Below are positions 31,327 to 41,408 of a stretch of DNA of 64,000 nucleotides, one piece after another. A program made the position numbers and the translations under genes. How positions within the stretch are numbered: the first letter of the stretch is position 1; every line of letters begins with the position of its first letter. Below the pieces are notes generated by a model, which was given only the letters and a program-made list of their open reading frames with translations, was not told where the DNA came from and did no database searches. This DNA comes from Candidatus Bathyarchaeia archaeon (GTDB taxonomy: Archaea > Thermoproteota > Bathyarchaeia > Bathyarchaeales > Bathycorpusculaceae): NCBI GenBank assembly GCA_050010755.1, contig JBEKKK010000001.1:320001-384000 (forward strand). Reading direction: 5' to 3'.

Positions 31327-32412
31327 TTACTTAACAAGATTTGACAAATTCGCTTCTTTAGCCAAACGAGTCGCCTTGTGCATTTCGTTGGATGTCAGCT
31401 TTCTTCCTAATTCCGGAACGTCAAATGCCTTCCACTCAGGTCTGTACTGAAACATGAGGTTCACCCTTGTTTCGGAACCCAGGTTTTGTGCAATCCAGTC
31501 AACGATTGGTTTTGTACAGCACTCCAGATGGTTCGGCAGAACAAGGATCCTTATTATGAGTTCTCCATATTTCTTGGCTTCCAAGTGGTTACGCATGCAT
31601 GTTTCCCAGTAGTTTCGAACATCGGAGATTTCGGTTGCACACCGCCCAGGTCCATACTTGAAATCTAATAAGTAAACGTCTGCAAAGCCTGCCAAAAGTG
31701 CCGCACTCTCTGAGCTGTAGTAGCTGTTGGAGTTCCAGACTACAGGGACGCTCGTTTGAACGTGTTTGAACGTTTTTAACCACTGCGGAAGCCACGGAGT
31801 AGGCTCTCCTCCCACTAGGTTAACATTCCTGCAATCTTCAAGACGCAACCGTTGAATCTCACCAGCCAGATCTACCGCGTCATACACTTGGCCCTTTTCC
31901 ATCCACTGAGACATCGTCCAGTTTTGACAATGCTTGCACCGCATCGTACAGCCTAGAGTGAAAACTGTTCCCGAAGGCACGAGCTCTGGCTCTTCGCCCA
32001 TGTGCTCAAAAATGCTCGAGACAGCTATTTCCAAACCGCATCCGCAATAGCCAGTCTTTCCCTTTTGCCTGTTGACATTACACCCGCGCACGCAAAGATG
32101 ACAAGAGGATAGAATCCTGTTAGCAATTTCGATTTTCAGGTCCAAGTAGGATTTCTCTGGAGTTGGCATTGCGTGAAAGTCCCTTCCTCCTTCATCAATT
32201 TCTCTCTGAATTCCGTTGAATTCCTCCGTGAGTGCAGCATGTATATGCCAAAGCTGCTCAGTGGAAGCGCTGATGCGGAATTCTGCTGGAGTTTTCTTGG
32301 CTATCAGAAATTTCGCCGGCAATTGGTTCTGCATGACGGCGAAATATCTAGCTAGACTCTTCTTGGCTAATTTATCGTTTAGAACAGCAAGCGCGTCTCG
32401 GCGTTGAAACAT
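31327..32412 (-). CDS. PflX-like radical SAM protein
   Basis: CHLCVRGC.VNR, H.GEE.EL.PSG and CTMRCKHCQN motifs. Confidence 0.88.
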   Translation of the reverse strand: MFQRRDALAVLNDKLAKKSLARYFAVMQNQLPAKFLIAKKTPAEFRISASTEQLWHIHAALTEEFNGIQREIDEGGRDFHAMPTPEKSYLDLKIEIANRILSSCHLCVRGCNVNRQKGKTGYCGCGLEIAVSSIFEHMGEEPELVPSGTVFTLGCTMRCKHCQNWTMSQWMEKGQVYDAVDLAGEIQRLRLEDCRNVNLVGGEPTPWLPQWLKTFKHVQTSVPVVWNSNSYYSSESAALLAGFADVYLLDFKYGPGRCATEISDVRNYWETCMRNHLEAKKYGELIIRILVLPNHLECCTKPIVDWIAQNLGSETRVNLMFQYRPEWKAFDVPELGRKLTSNEMHKATRLAKEANLSNLVK

Positions 32413-32451
32413 TCATATCTTTGCTCGATTTCGCTCGATATTATCGAGTTA

Positions 32452-33507
32452 CTAGAACAGAGCGAACGGAAAGGATTGCCCGCTTGCGTGCAGTTTGCCC
32501 TTGATCGGGATTTCGTGTCCACACACCGGACAACGCATGTCCTTCGTCAGATTCCATCGCGTTATCATGAAATTGTAACGCTTAATCAAGGTTTCATTGC
32601 ACTCCGGACAGTAAGTGTTCTCGGCCGGGTGACCGGGCACATTCCCGACGTAGACATAGTTCAAACCCGCCTCCTTTGCGGCAACATAGGCTTTCTCGAG
32701 AGTTTCAATAGGAGTTGCCGGGATTGTAGTCAGTTGGTAGTCTGGGTGGAAACGCAGCAAGTGGAACGGCGTGTCCTTCCCGATGCCCTCACTGATCCAA
32801 ACTGCTAGCTCCTTTATTCTTTCAATCGAATCTCCGGATTTGGGCACGATGAGGTTCGTAATTTCTATGTGAATGTTATTCCGTCTCATTTCTTTCAAAG
32901 CCTCAAAAATTGGCGCGACCGAAGGAACAGCGGAAAAGGTCTTGTAGAATTCTGGATCCGCACCGCCCTTAAAATCCACAGTCGCGGCGTCCAAGTATGG
33001 AGAAATAGTTTTCACTGCTTCTGGTGTCATGTAACCGTTTGTTACGAAAGTGTTGAAAAACCCAACTTGGCGAGCGAGTTTGGCAGTGTCGTAGGCGTAT
33101 TCGAAGAAAATGGTTGGTTCCGTGTACGTGTAGCTTACTCCTTCGCAGCCATTGTCTCCTGCGGCTTTAATTACCTCTTCTGGAGGAAAGTGTTTGCCAT
33201 TCACCTTTTTTTCTTGACTTATCATCCAATTGTCACAGAACTGACAACGGAAGTTGCAGCCAATCGTAGCAATGGACAAAACTGAGGCCCCTGGGTTGAA
33301 ATGAGCAAGCGGTTTTTTCTCAACTGGATCTATGGCCGCCGATATTGCCTTCGCATAGTTCAGCGAAAAAAGACTCCCTCCTTCATTCTTCCTGACTAGG
33401 CAAAAGCCTGTGCCGCCATCGTTTATGAGGCATTTTCTGGCGCACAGGCAACAGTTGACTTTTTTATCCTGTAGTTTTTCGTAAAGCATTGCTTCGTGGA
33501 GTGACAT
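32452..33507 (-). CDS. amrS: AmmeMemoRadiSam system radical SAM enzyme
   Basis: DPVEKKPL.HF.PG, CNFRCQFC, YTYTEP and TYCPEC motifs. Confidence 0.9.
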   Translation of the reverse strand: MSLHEAMLYEKLQDKKVNCCLCARKCLINDGGTGFCLVRKNEGGSLFSLNYAKAISAAIDPVEKKPLAHFNPGASVLSIATIGCNFRCQFCDNWMISQEKKVNGKHFPPEEVIKAAGDNGCEGVSYTYTEPTIFFEYAYDTAKLARQVGFFNTFVTNGYMTPEAVKTISPYLDAATVDFKGGADPEFYKTFSAVPSVAPIFEALKEMRRNNIHIEITNLIVPKSGDSIERIKELAVWISEGIGKDTPFHLLRFHPDYQLTTIPATPIETLEKAYVAAKEAGLNYVYVGNVPGHPAENTYCPECNETLIKRYNFMITRWNLTKDMRCPVCGHEIPIKGKLHASGQSFPFALF

Positions 33508-33551
33508 TCAATCAGCCTCTTGGCTCTCTAGATAAATCAATCTACGCAACA

Positions 33552-34175
33552 TTATATCTGTTCACTCGCCTCTGAATGCGGGCTCTCCCTTACCTCGAAA
33601 ACCAATGGTGGAGACGCAGTTTTGGCGTCCAATTCTATGTCGAGCAAGCCTTCGAGAAAACCAGCCCAGATTTCAGACTCGTTGATGAAAGGTGTTTTTA
33701 TCAGGAGATATCTGTCCTTCAGATAGAAGTCACCGAACCCTTGCACTCTTAAGCGCTTGAAAACTTCTGGCCATTTCTCACGCTTTGTGGTTTGTATTCC
33801 AATCGCGGTTTCTATCGAAACTCTTGCGGCCTCGCCCATTTTCTTTCCGATACCCCGCCATTTCTCCGTCGGAACGTTGTTTATCAGAATGCTAACCAAC
33901 TCCGCATTTACGAAGGCTATCCTGCTTATTCCGCAGTAATACTCGCCTGGAAAACGCCAGTCGTAAATCATCATGCTTCGGTAGACATCAAGCATTTTTG
34001 AAATTAGAGGCTTTATGCCAGGCTCCTTTCCTTCCCTAATTAAGGAGTCAACAAATGCTCTGTCATCTTTCTCCAAAATTATCGTTGTTCTCTTTGCGGA
34101 GGTCTCGCTTTTCTTAATTAGTTCTTGAAGTTTCTTCTCTTTGTCCTCTTGCATAACAATTATATTTTCCAGCAT
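33552..34175 (-). CDS. Hypothetical protein (possible RHH-like N-terminus plus V4R-like domain)
   Basis: RTTIILE..D..FVDSL pattern; GFG.F and GFLEG motifs. Confidence 0.6.
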   Translation of the reverse strand: MLENIIVMQEDKEKKLQELIKKSETSAKRTTIILEKDDRAFVDSLIREGKEPGIKPLISKMLDVYRSMMIYDWRFPGEYYCGISRIAFVNAELVSILINNVPTEKWRGIGKKMGEAARVSIETAIGIQTTKREKWPEVFKRLRVQGFGDFYLKDRYLLIKTPFINESEIWAGFLEGLLDIELDAKTASPPLVFEVRESPHSEASEQI

Positions 34176-34355
34176 ATTTTATATAATTTGCGTTGAAGCC
34201 TAAGCATATCAGAACATATAGGCATCGGGGTAACGTGGACTCTTGACGGTCTTCTCGTCACAAAACAGCTTCCGAACGTGAACGAGAATCAGGAAAACAA
34301 TAAGACCAAAAGTTTCGACCGAACGATTTTTAATAAGCCCAAGCGTCTTCTAGAA

Positions 34356-34414
34356 CTGCCGATGAAGAGTTATTTTGCCTGAAGGGATGATGTGCTCTAG
34401 GGTATCTGAGGCAG
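34356..34414 (+). ncRNA. C/D box small RNA (2'-O-methylation guide)
   Basis: CTGCC/GGCAG terminal stem, box C ATGAAGA, D' CTGA, C' ATGATG, D CTGA; TTTAATAA upstream. Confidence 0.85.
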
Positions 34415-34428
34415 AAGTTTCCTGAAGG

Positions 34429-34659
34429 TCATGTTATGACTTTGTTCTTGATAAGATACCATACGAGCAAGAATCCTATTATCAGCGAAAGAAGTCCGCC
34501 TGTGAAAGAGAAGAAAATGCCTCTTTTGAGAACTTTGGTTGCCAAATAAGCTACGTAGGGAGCACCGAAAATGAAAAGACCCGCAAGTAGGACCAACAGG
34601 AGTTTCCAATATTTTGAGCTCATCAGTCCGGTTTGGGTTTCTTTGTTTTCCTGGCTCAT
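34429..34659 (-). CDS. Small membrane protein
   Basis: Two TM helices. Confidence 0.65.
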   Translation of the reverse strand: MSQENKETQTGLMSSKYWKLLLVLLAGLFIFGAPYVAYLATKVLKRGIFFSFTGGLLSLIIGFLLVWYLIKNKVIT

Positions 34660-34701
34660 ACGTATCGCGTTCCGATGGATAATTAGATTTCACGCTTTCT
34701 C

Positions 34702-35355
34702 TTATAACCCTTCCTTCACTTCGTTGCCCAGGGCCTTCATTAAGAACTTGAAGACGGAAAAACCAGCCCCGCGATCCGCTTTAAAACCCGTCGTAGCACC
34801 AAGCAGACAGATGCCTTCCAAGCCGCGTTCCTTCGCAAGAGCCAATGTTAAGCCTGTTGCCCCAACTATCCTGCCCTTGCTGTAGATTACTCCGCCTTTT
34901 TCCATGAACTCTAAAGCAAGCCGAGGTGAAGTGGCTGCCACATACACCTGCGACTTTTCCTCGGTTAATGGCACACCGCCAACAGTCACAAGGAAACTGC
35001 AACCCTGTTTCTCCACAAAATCCAACGTTTCACCACAGAGCTTGTAGTGAGCCGCAACATCGTCAAAAGAGGGCTGCGTGTCTCCAGTCATTATGATGAA
35101 ATCATTCTTTTCCATGGGTGCCGCATAAAACTCGTAGCGGGGCAAGCGGCAAATTCCCTTTGAACTAATCGAAACATAATCAGGGAAATAGGGCGAATAC
35201 AACTCGGCAAAGGGTTTTGCACTGCAGAATTTCAGCAAGAGATAAGCCGCAATTTTCCCGACGTTTCCAAACCCTGGCAAACCTTGAACAAAAATCGGAT
35301 CCTCAAGAACTGGATTTGAAAACTGACGAAAGTAAGGTTTCTCCATGTTAGCCAC
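34702..35355 (-). CDS. PAC2 family proteasome assembly chaperone
   Basis: GLPGFGNVGKIA, GDTQP and I.GATG motifs. Confidence 0.88.
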   Translation of the reverse strand: MANMEKPYFRQFSNPVLEDPIFVQGLPGFGNVGKIAAYLLLKFCSAKPFAELYSPYFPDYVSISSKGICRLPRYEFYAAPMEKNDFIIMTGDTQPSFDDVAAHYKLCGETLDFVEKQGCSFLVTVGGVPLTEEKSQVYVAATSPRLALEFMEKGGVIYSKGRIVGATGLTLALAKERGLEGICLLGATTGFKADRGAGFSVFKFLMKALGNEVKEGL

Positions 35356-35994
35356 GCCAACATCAATAGCAAAGACTGTATAAAGCGTTTCCTAGTCGCA
35401 GTGGCTTACATCAGATTGAAAATTGAAAACATGTCAACAGTACCGTATCGAACAAACGCTAGGATGTTTAGCACATCCTACTCTAGCGCGCATGTGTGTT
35501 CCTAGATTGAGTTTCTAACTGTTGCACGACTTTGATTTGTGTGCTTCTAATTTTGTTAGTGAAGAGGACGAGAGTTCTAGTGTGCGCCAACGGCCTCCCC
35601 CCTCGGTCTACGATATGATCCAAATATGATTTCGGACAAACATGCGCGTCGCTCATAGGTTCGTTCAACCTCTCGCTCAGCTTCGTTGGCCTAGGTCGTA
35701 GCCGTAAAAACAAAACAGCACATTTTCTTTAAGGCAAACACTCGATTCATTCATGCTCGCGGCTCAAGCAACGCAATTTCGGAACAGACATGTGCATAAA
35801 TGACTTTCTTTTTTCGCATCGCATTATGAAAAGTTTAAGAACGTGACGCGCATATCTGAGAGAAGGTTAACGTAGGTCTTGCAACTCACTTTAATTTAGT
35901 CGTCTGAGGTCAAGCCTATTGGTTGACAATCAGGCTTTGAATCAAAGTGGGTTGTTGGCTTCCTGAGACGAATCCTGGATCGTTAGTCCGACGC

Positions 35995-36094
35995 AGCGGG
36001 GTGGGGTAGCCAGGATTAACCCGCTGGGCTCATAAAAGCTCTGTTGCTTTGAGAAACCCAGAGATCAGTAGTTCAAATCTACTCCCCGCTACCA
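35995..36094 (+). tRNA. Initiator tRNA-Met(CAT) with 21-nt intron (36035-36055) at 37/38 and encoded CCA
   Basis: AGCGGGG/CCCCGCT acceptor with A1-U72, GGG/CCC in anticodon stem, GTTCAAATC T-loop; BHB helix CTCA/TGAG with bulges TAA and AAA. Confidence 0.95.
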
Positions 36095-36258
36095 ATGCCA
36101 ACTTGAGATTTTTTCCCAATACTTATCCTCTTCTCGTAATTGAGCTTCAAAACGCTTCCTTCCTGAAGAGACGATGGTCCCAAGTTCCCTAACGTGTCTT
36201 GCTTTGATGGGCAACACAAAAAGATCAAGTATTAATATCCGCAAGATCACAAACTCTA

Positions 36259-37794
36259 TTGCGGATTACTTTGCAGATTGATGCCATAGAAACTTCTTTG
36301 CTTCAAGTCGCGGTCAATCCGTTTCTCAAGCGGATCGTCAGGCTCATTGACAAGGACTGCCCGAAGGACGGAAATCTTCTCTTGAACTCCCTAAGGTCCT
36401 TTCTGGGTGAACCGATTTCTCTGTGTCCAACCTGTAAGAACGTGAGCACGAAACTTGCGAGACACTTTTACGAACTGGGAAGCGGCTTCCTTCGAATGAA
36501 TAAGAACTTTATGCGAAATCAGTTTCTGAAGGACAAGTTCGGAGAATCCTGGTTCAGAGGATTCGGCCTTATGATGAAGGGGGTGGAAAAATATGGTGCG
36601 CGCATACCTTTTACGCCGGCAGGACCCTTCGAAATCGTTTGGAACGTTACTTATCAATGCAATCTCAGATGCAAACACTGCTACGAGAACGCTGGCCAGA
36701 AACGTCCAGAGCTATCCACAGAAGAAGTCAAACAAGTGTTAGACAAGATTGCAAGGCTATCAGGCATCGGCCTGCCAGCGCTGTCCTTCAGTGGTGGTGA
36801 ACCACTTGTGAGAAAGGATTTTTTTGAGATCGCAGCCTACGCGAAGAAACGTGTGGGCTACTTGAGCATCGCCTCAAATGGCACGTTGATTACGCGCGAT
36901 AATGCAAAGAGAATCAAAGACGTTGGAGTCGACTACGTAGAGATAAGCGTCGACGGAGCAACGCCAGGAGTTCATGACTCATTCAGGGGCATCTCAGGCG
37001 CGTTTGAAAGGACGATGGACGGAGTGAAAAACTCTCTTGATGCGGGATTGGACACTTGCATCGCAACCGTGTTGCAGAGGGACAACGTAAATGAGTTGAA
37101 CAAACTCATCGGGCTCTCGAAACAGTTGGACACAAGGTTCATGCATTTCAACTACATTCCAACTGGAAGGGCAAAAGCTCACTTTGAACTGGACTTGACT
37201 CCCAACCAAAGATACGAAGTGCTAGAAACTATGGGCAAAGAAATTGTGGGACTTTACACGCAAAAGAAAGAAGAGGAAATCAAAGACGGAAAATCCGATT
37301 TAAAGGTTGACAAATTCTTTAGCACATGTCCACAGTACGCGAGCGTCACAAAAGAACTTTCACGGAGGCATGGTGAAAAGTTTATGGTGGAAGCCCATTA
37401 TGCGGCAAAGCAGGGTGTGGAGAACGTCGCTAACTTCCTAGGCGGATGCGGCGCTGGACGGTTGTACTGCTGCCTCGAACCAAACGGAGACATAAAACCG
37501 TGCGTCTTTTTCCAAACTTCCAAGGAAACGGTCCTAGGAAACATGCTGAAGGACAGCTTCGAAGAAATATGGGATACAAGTCCCCTGCTGTGGAAACTCC
37601 GCACAAGAGAAGACCTTGAGGACTGTTCAATAGACGGAAAGAGAGTGGGTTGCGGACAATGTGCGGACAGGTATATATGTGGAGGTTGCAGAGCCAGAGC
37701 CTACAGCTACTTTGATGGCAACGTGAAAATGCCGGACGTCGGCTGCATTCAAAACAAGCCGCTGTGGGAAAGGATATCTAACTCAAAGAGATAA
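36259..37794 (+). CDS. Radical SAM/SPASM domain protein with N-terminal extension
   Basis: CNLRCKHC, FSGGEP, GCGAGR..C..PNGDIKPC and C..C.....CGGCRARA motifs. Confidence 0.88.
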   Translation: MRITLQIDAIETSLLQVAVNPFLKRIVRLIDKDCPKDGNLLLNSLRSFLGEPISLCPTCKNVSTKLARHFYELGSGFLRMNKNFMRNQFLKDKFGESWFRGFGLMMKGVEKYGARIPFTPAGPFEIVWNVTYQCNLRCKHCYENAGQKRPELSTEEVKQVLDKIARLSGIGLPALSFSGGEPLVRKDFFEIAAYAKKRVGYLSIASNGTLITRDNAKRIKDVGVDYVEISVDGATPGVHDSFRGISGAFERTMDGVKNSLDAGLDTCIATVLQRDNVNELNKLIGLSKQLDTRFMHFNYIPTGRAKAHFELDLTPNQRYEVLETMGKEIVGLYTQKKEEEIKDGKSDLKVDKFFSTCPQYASVTKELSRRHGEKFMVEAHYAAKQGVENVANFLGGCGAGRLYCCLEPNGDIKPCVFFQTSKETVLGNMLKDSFEEIWDTSPLLWKLRTREDLEDCSIDGKRVGCGQCADRYICGGCRARAYSYFDGNVKMPDVGCIQNKPLWERISNSKR

Positions 37795-37831
37795 TATGAG
37801 AAAACCAATGCTATGCCAGCAGTCGGCGGAA

Positions 37832-38029
37832 TCAGGCCTTTCCGTTCTCTTCCTTTCCGAAGTAAGTTGTCCACTTAAGTTTGCGCGCATCTCTCCTCAA
37901 GAACAGGGAACTCTTTCTGCACTTGCTGGAGCAGAACCAAAATATCGATCCGTCATTCTTGATGAACATCATGCCAGTGCCCGCTGGGAATTCGCTGCCA
38001 CAAAATGAACATTTTCTGGGCCTCGGCAT
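37832..38029 (-). CDS. rpl24e: 50S ribosomal protein L24e
   Basis: CSFCG..F..GTG and FCSSKC motifs. Confidence 0.95.
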   Translation of the reverse strand: MPRPRKCSFCGSEFPAGTGMMFIKNDGSIFWFCSSKCRKSSLFLRRDARKLKWTTYFGKEENGKA

Positions 38030-38061
38030 CTGCCATCTCTCCAAATAACCTGATTGCTAGC

Positions 38062-38292
38062 TTATCTGTTAATTTTCTTTGCTTCCCTTTCGGTTTCCCT
38101 GAGCATTAAAAGGTCTTGGATTCGCACTGGCCCTTTCACGTTGCGGGTGATTATACGGCCCTTGTCTTTTCCTTCAAGGATACGTATTCTGACCTGCGAT
38201 ATTTCCCCCGTGACGCCGGTGCGTGCAATTACCTGAAGCACCTCTGCCGGCGTAAGCTCTGCCTGCTCAGCTTCTTTCTCCTCTTTGCTCAT
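38062..38292 (-). CDS. rps28e: 30S ribosomal protein S28e
   Basis: [15 protein letters not shown] and LRETEREA motifs. Confidence 0.96.
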   Translation of the reverse strand: MSKEEKEAEQAELTPAEVLQVIARTGVTGEISQVRIRILEGKDKGRIITRNVKGPVRIQDLLMLRETEREAKKINR

Positions 38293-38672
38293 CAGGTCGT
38301 TCCTCTTCTTAACTGTTCAATTCTCGTGACAATCTCTTTTACCAGTCCAGCAGCATCTCCTTCCTTGACGATGCACGCCGCTCCTGCAGGAACGTCAATA
38401 CCTATAGCAGTGCCAATCTTTTCCTTGCTCGGAACAAATACGTATGGAATTTTCCTTTCTTCACACAGCAGAGGCAAATGGGCAACGACTTCCGGCGGTT
38501 GCACATCTTCAGCTATCACCACCAGTTTAGCTTGAGCCCTTTCAATGGCCTTCGTCGTCTCATTCGTGCCTTTCCTGACCGCGCCTGTCTTGGCGACTAT
38601 TTGCAGGGCTTCATAGGCGGCATCTGCCAGCTCCTTTGAAACTTCAAACTTCACATAGAATGGCTTGGACAT
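38292..38672 (-). CDS. rpl7ae: 50S ribosomal protein L7Ae
   Basis: [13 protein letters not shown] and [15 protein letters not shown] motifs. Confidence 0.96.
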   Translation of the reverse strand: MSKPFYVKFEVSKELADAAYEALQIVAKTGAVRKGTNETTKAIERAQAKLVVIAEDVQPPEVVAHLPLLCEERKIPYVFVPSKEKIGTAIGIDVPAGAACIVKEGDAAGLVKEIVTRIEQLRRGTT

Positions 38673-39030
38673 AAGCCTCACCCTTTTCAAATGCACAGTC
38701 TAATCAACACTACCTGTTTATGAATGTTTCGACCTTGTAAACCAAGGTTCGAACAGGTTCTTTTCGAAAATATTTCGGCTCTTCCTCATCTCGCACGGCC
38801 ATTGCCCGTCGGCTCTTGTTCAATCCTTATGCCAATTTCATTTGCTCTGTTGACTTACGTGCGAAATATGCTGGGCTTCAAATATCAAATCAAATGAGAA
38901 CCGGGCTCAAAATGTGAAACTAAGCCGCTTTGGACGTTGAATCTAAGGTGGGGGAACATGTGAACGTAGAAAGGTTTAAATAGGCTGCGTGGCTGAAGAA
39001 TTTTGCTTTTCATGAGGGGATATAAAAAGT

Positions 39031-39291
39031 TTGCAGAGATTAGGCCTAATCCTTCATGTAACCCCATCCCGTAACCTAATAGCAAAGATTGAAAACGTAC
39101 CCAGAATCGGTGAAGTAGTCGTGGATGAGAATCTGAAGCCTATTGGAAAGGTTTTTGACATACTTGGCCCAGTGTCTTCGCCTTACGCGACAATAGCTAC
39201 CACGATTCGGGACCCTGAGAGGCTCGCTAACAGGACGGTGTACACACTCCCCTCAAAGAGGAGAAAGGAGAAAAAGAGGTATGGACGATAG
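39031..39291 (+). CDS. gar1: H/ACA RNP protein Gar1/Naf1
   Basis: [13 protein letters not shown] motif; typical position upstream of tfb. Confidence 0.88.
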   Translation: MQRLGLILHVTPSRNLIAKIENVPRIGEVVVDENLKPIGKVFDILGPVSSPYATIATTIRDPERLANRTVYTLPSKRRKEKKRYGR

Positions 39292-40255
39292 TGAAGAAGT
39301 GAGCGCTGATTCAGCTTCTGGAACCCCAACGCAAAGCGCCGAACGCGTGAAGCTGCAAAGTTGTCCAGAGTGCGGCAGTACTAGGATTATGCGTGATTAT
39401 GAAAATGCCGAACTCGTCTGCATGAACTGTGGTTTCGTGTTAGCTGCAAAGATAACCGACAGAGGACCGGAATGGAGAGCTTTCGACGACGAGCAGAGGA
39501 CTAAAAGGACTAGGGTTGGCGCGCCGATAACGTACACGATTCATGATAAAGGTTTATCAACGATGATTGACTGGCACGACAGAGACATTTACGGCAAGAG
39601 CCTGTCACCTGGACAAAAGGCGCAGGTATACCGTCTTCGAAAATGGCAGCGGCGAATAAGAGTCTCTGACGCGACGGAAAGGAACCTCGCTTTTGCATTG
39701 TCCGAAATCACAAAAATCGCTAACAACTTGAATCTTCCGAAAAGCATTCTCGAGACAGCGTCGGTGATTTACAGAAAAGCCGTTAAAGAGCGACTGATAC
39801 GAGGGAGATCAATCCAAGGCGTAACGGCGGCAGCTATCTATCTGGCCTGCAGGCAATGCGGGCTGGCAAGAACGCTGGAAGAGATAGCACAAGCGTCAAC
39901 CGTTAATAAGAAGGAAGTTGGCCGAAGTTACCGTTTCCTGATAAAAGAACTCAACTACATTATTCCTCCGCTCAGACCGAGCCAGTACATAACGAAGTTC
40001 TCAAACCAGTTGACGATGCAGGGAAAGGTTGAAGAAATCGCCCACAAGATCTTAGCAGCTGCAAAAGAATTGAAGCTGACTTCGGGTCGAGGCCCAACCG
40101 GCATCGCGGCCGCAGCCAGTTATATTGCTTCAGTTTTAACCGGAGAAAGAAAGACACAGAGAGAGATAGCCGAGATAGCGCAGGTAACTGAGGTCACCAT
40201 CAGAAACCGTTACAAAGAGCTTGTTGAACGATTGTCATTTCAAATGACGCTCTAA
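39281..40255 (+). CDS. tfb: Transcription initiation factor IIB
   Basis: CPECG Zn ribbon, GPEWRAF, two cyclin repeats, [13 protein letters not shown]. Confidence 0.97.
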   Translation: MDDSEEVSADSASGTPTQSAERVKLQSCPECGSTRIMRDYENAELVCMNCGFVLAAKITDRGPEWRAFDDEQRTKRTRVGAPITYTIHDKGLSTMIDWHDRDIYGKSLSPGQKAQVYRLRKWQRRIRVSDATERNLAFALSEITKIANNLNLPKSILETASVIYRKAVKERLIRGRSIQGVTAAAIYLACRQCGLARTLEEIAQASTVNKKEVGRSYRFLIKELNYIIPPLRPSQYITKFSNQLTMQGKVEEIAHKILAAAKELKLTSGRGPTGIAAAASYIASVLTGERKTQREIAEIAQVTEVTIRNRYKELVERLSFQMTL

Positions 40256-40433
40256 ACCCTCTTTTCCCATTTTTTTAGTTTCTGGCATCATCATTTCAAA
40301 CCCGATTTTTGGATGATTTCTAAGAGCCAAGTCACAGTGGGTATGCAGACAAACATTTTGGCGGCTTGCATGTTCGGTTTGGTTTTCATTGCAAAATGCA
40401 TTTTAGGATCAAACGTGAGTTGTTTATTGGAGG

Positions 40434-40874
40434 ATGGAGGGGAGCAATTTGGTCAATTGCCCGAAGTGTGGGTGTTGCGTGAAGACGCCGGTCAAGATTT
40501 GGGCTATTCCTTCAAGAGAACCCTTGAAAGAGGGTGAGCAACCCCGACATGTTGGGATTTATGAATGTCCGAACTGCAGGGTCAGGTTCAGATCTGCTGT
40601 AGAGAGTGAAACTGGACCCGGAGAAAGAGCAAACATTGAGAACGTGGTTGAAAGAATTAAAGGCATAAAAGGAGAACTCGTGCAGACGCTCGTGAATCTT
40701 CGCGGAAAGATAAGCACCCTAGAAACTGAACGCGCAAGTCTGATGGTTGAAATCGAGAACTTGAGAAAGGTTGCGGAATCAAGAGTCGATACTCTTGAGA
40801 CTGAGGTAAGCATGCTGCGAAGCGAAGCAAAATCATTGAAGGACCTCTTGGGTTATGAAGAAGAAAATCATTAG
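40434..40874 (+). CDS. Zn-ribbon/Cren7-like domain fused to a coiled coil
   Basis: CPKC..PVKIW...GIYECPNC..RFR, then heptad repeats. Confidence 0.65.
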   Translation: MEGSNLVNCPKCGCCVKTPVKIWAIPSREPLKEGEQPRHVGIYECPNCRVRFRSAVESETGPGERANIENVVERIKGIKGELVQTLVNLRGKISTLETERASLMVEIENLRKVAESRVDTLETEVSMLRSEAKSLKDLLGYEEENH

Positions 40875-40927
40875 ATACTCTTTCTAAGATTCTTGCCACA
40901 ATTGCTGGTTTTTTGCTCTGCCGCGAA

Positions 40928-41317
40928 TTAGGATTGCAAAGTTCGCTTGTAGTATTCCTGAGCCTTGGCCACGGCTTTGTCCGGATTAATCAAGATTAGA
41001 TATTTCTTGCCGGAAACTCTCTCCGCCCCGCCGTAGTACTCCACCACTTTCTTCGTGTCGCCCTCGTAAATTGCTAGTCCGCCAGCAACTTCATACCACA
41101 TTTGGGCGCTTGGGAAGTCTTTTTCTTTCTCGGCTTTCTTGGCTTTGTCAGCAGCCTGCTTCGTTGAAACGTCGATTTTTCTAGGATCAAGGAACATGTA
41201 GGCCAGGGCGTGATACGTCTCCAGGTCGCTTCCACAAATCTGCGCGAGTGTTGTCGTGGTTGTCGCTGTTATCGTGCTCGCTTGGTTTTTCTCTTTTCTT
41301 TCAGAGGTTTTTTCCAA
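40928..41317 (-). CDS. Hypothetical helical protein
   Basis: TTG start with GGAGATGG SD-like element. Confidence 0.6.
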   Translation of the reverse strand: MEKTSERKEKNQASTITATTTTTLAQICGSDLETYHALAYMFLDPRKIDVSTKQAADKAKKAEKEKDFPSAQMWYEVAGGLAIYEGDTKKVVEYYGGAERVSGKKYLILINPDKAVAKAQEYYKRTLQS

Positions 41318-41408
41318 TCAAACCATCTCCTTCTCGTAAGCATTCTTGATTTGACCGTAATATAATAATAGGTAATTTTAAAGGTTTGTTCTACCAATAT
41401 AGGAGGCT

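Noticed and set aside
35483-35713. 76-aa ORF or replication origin in the long intergenic gap
   Set aside because: Weak start and no motif; no ORB-like repeats or cdc6 nearby.
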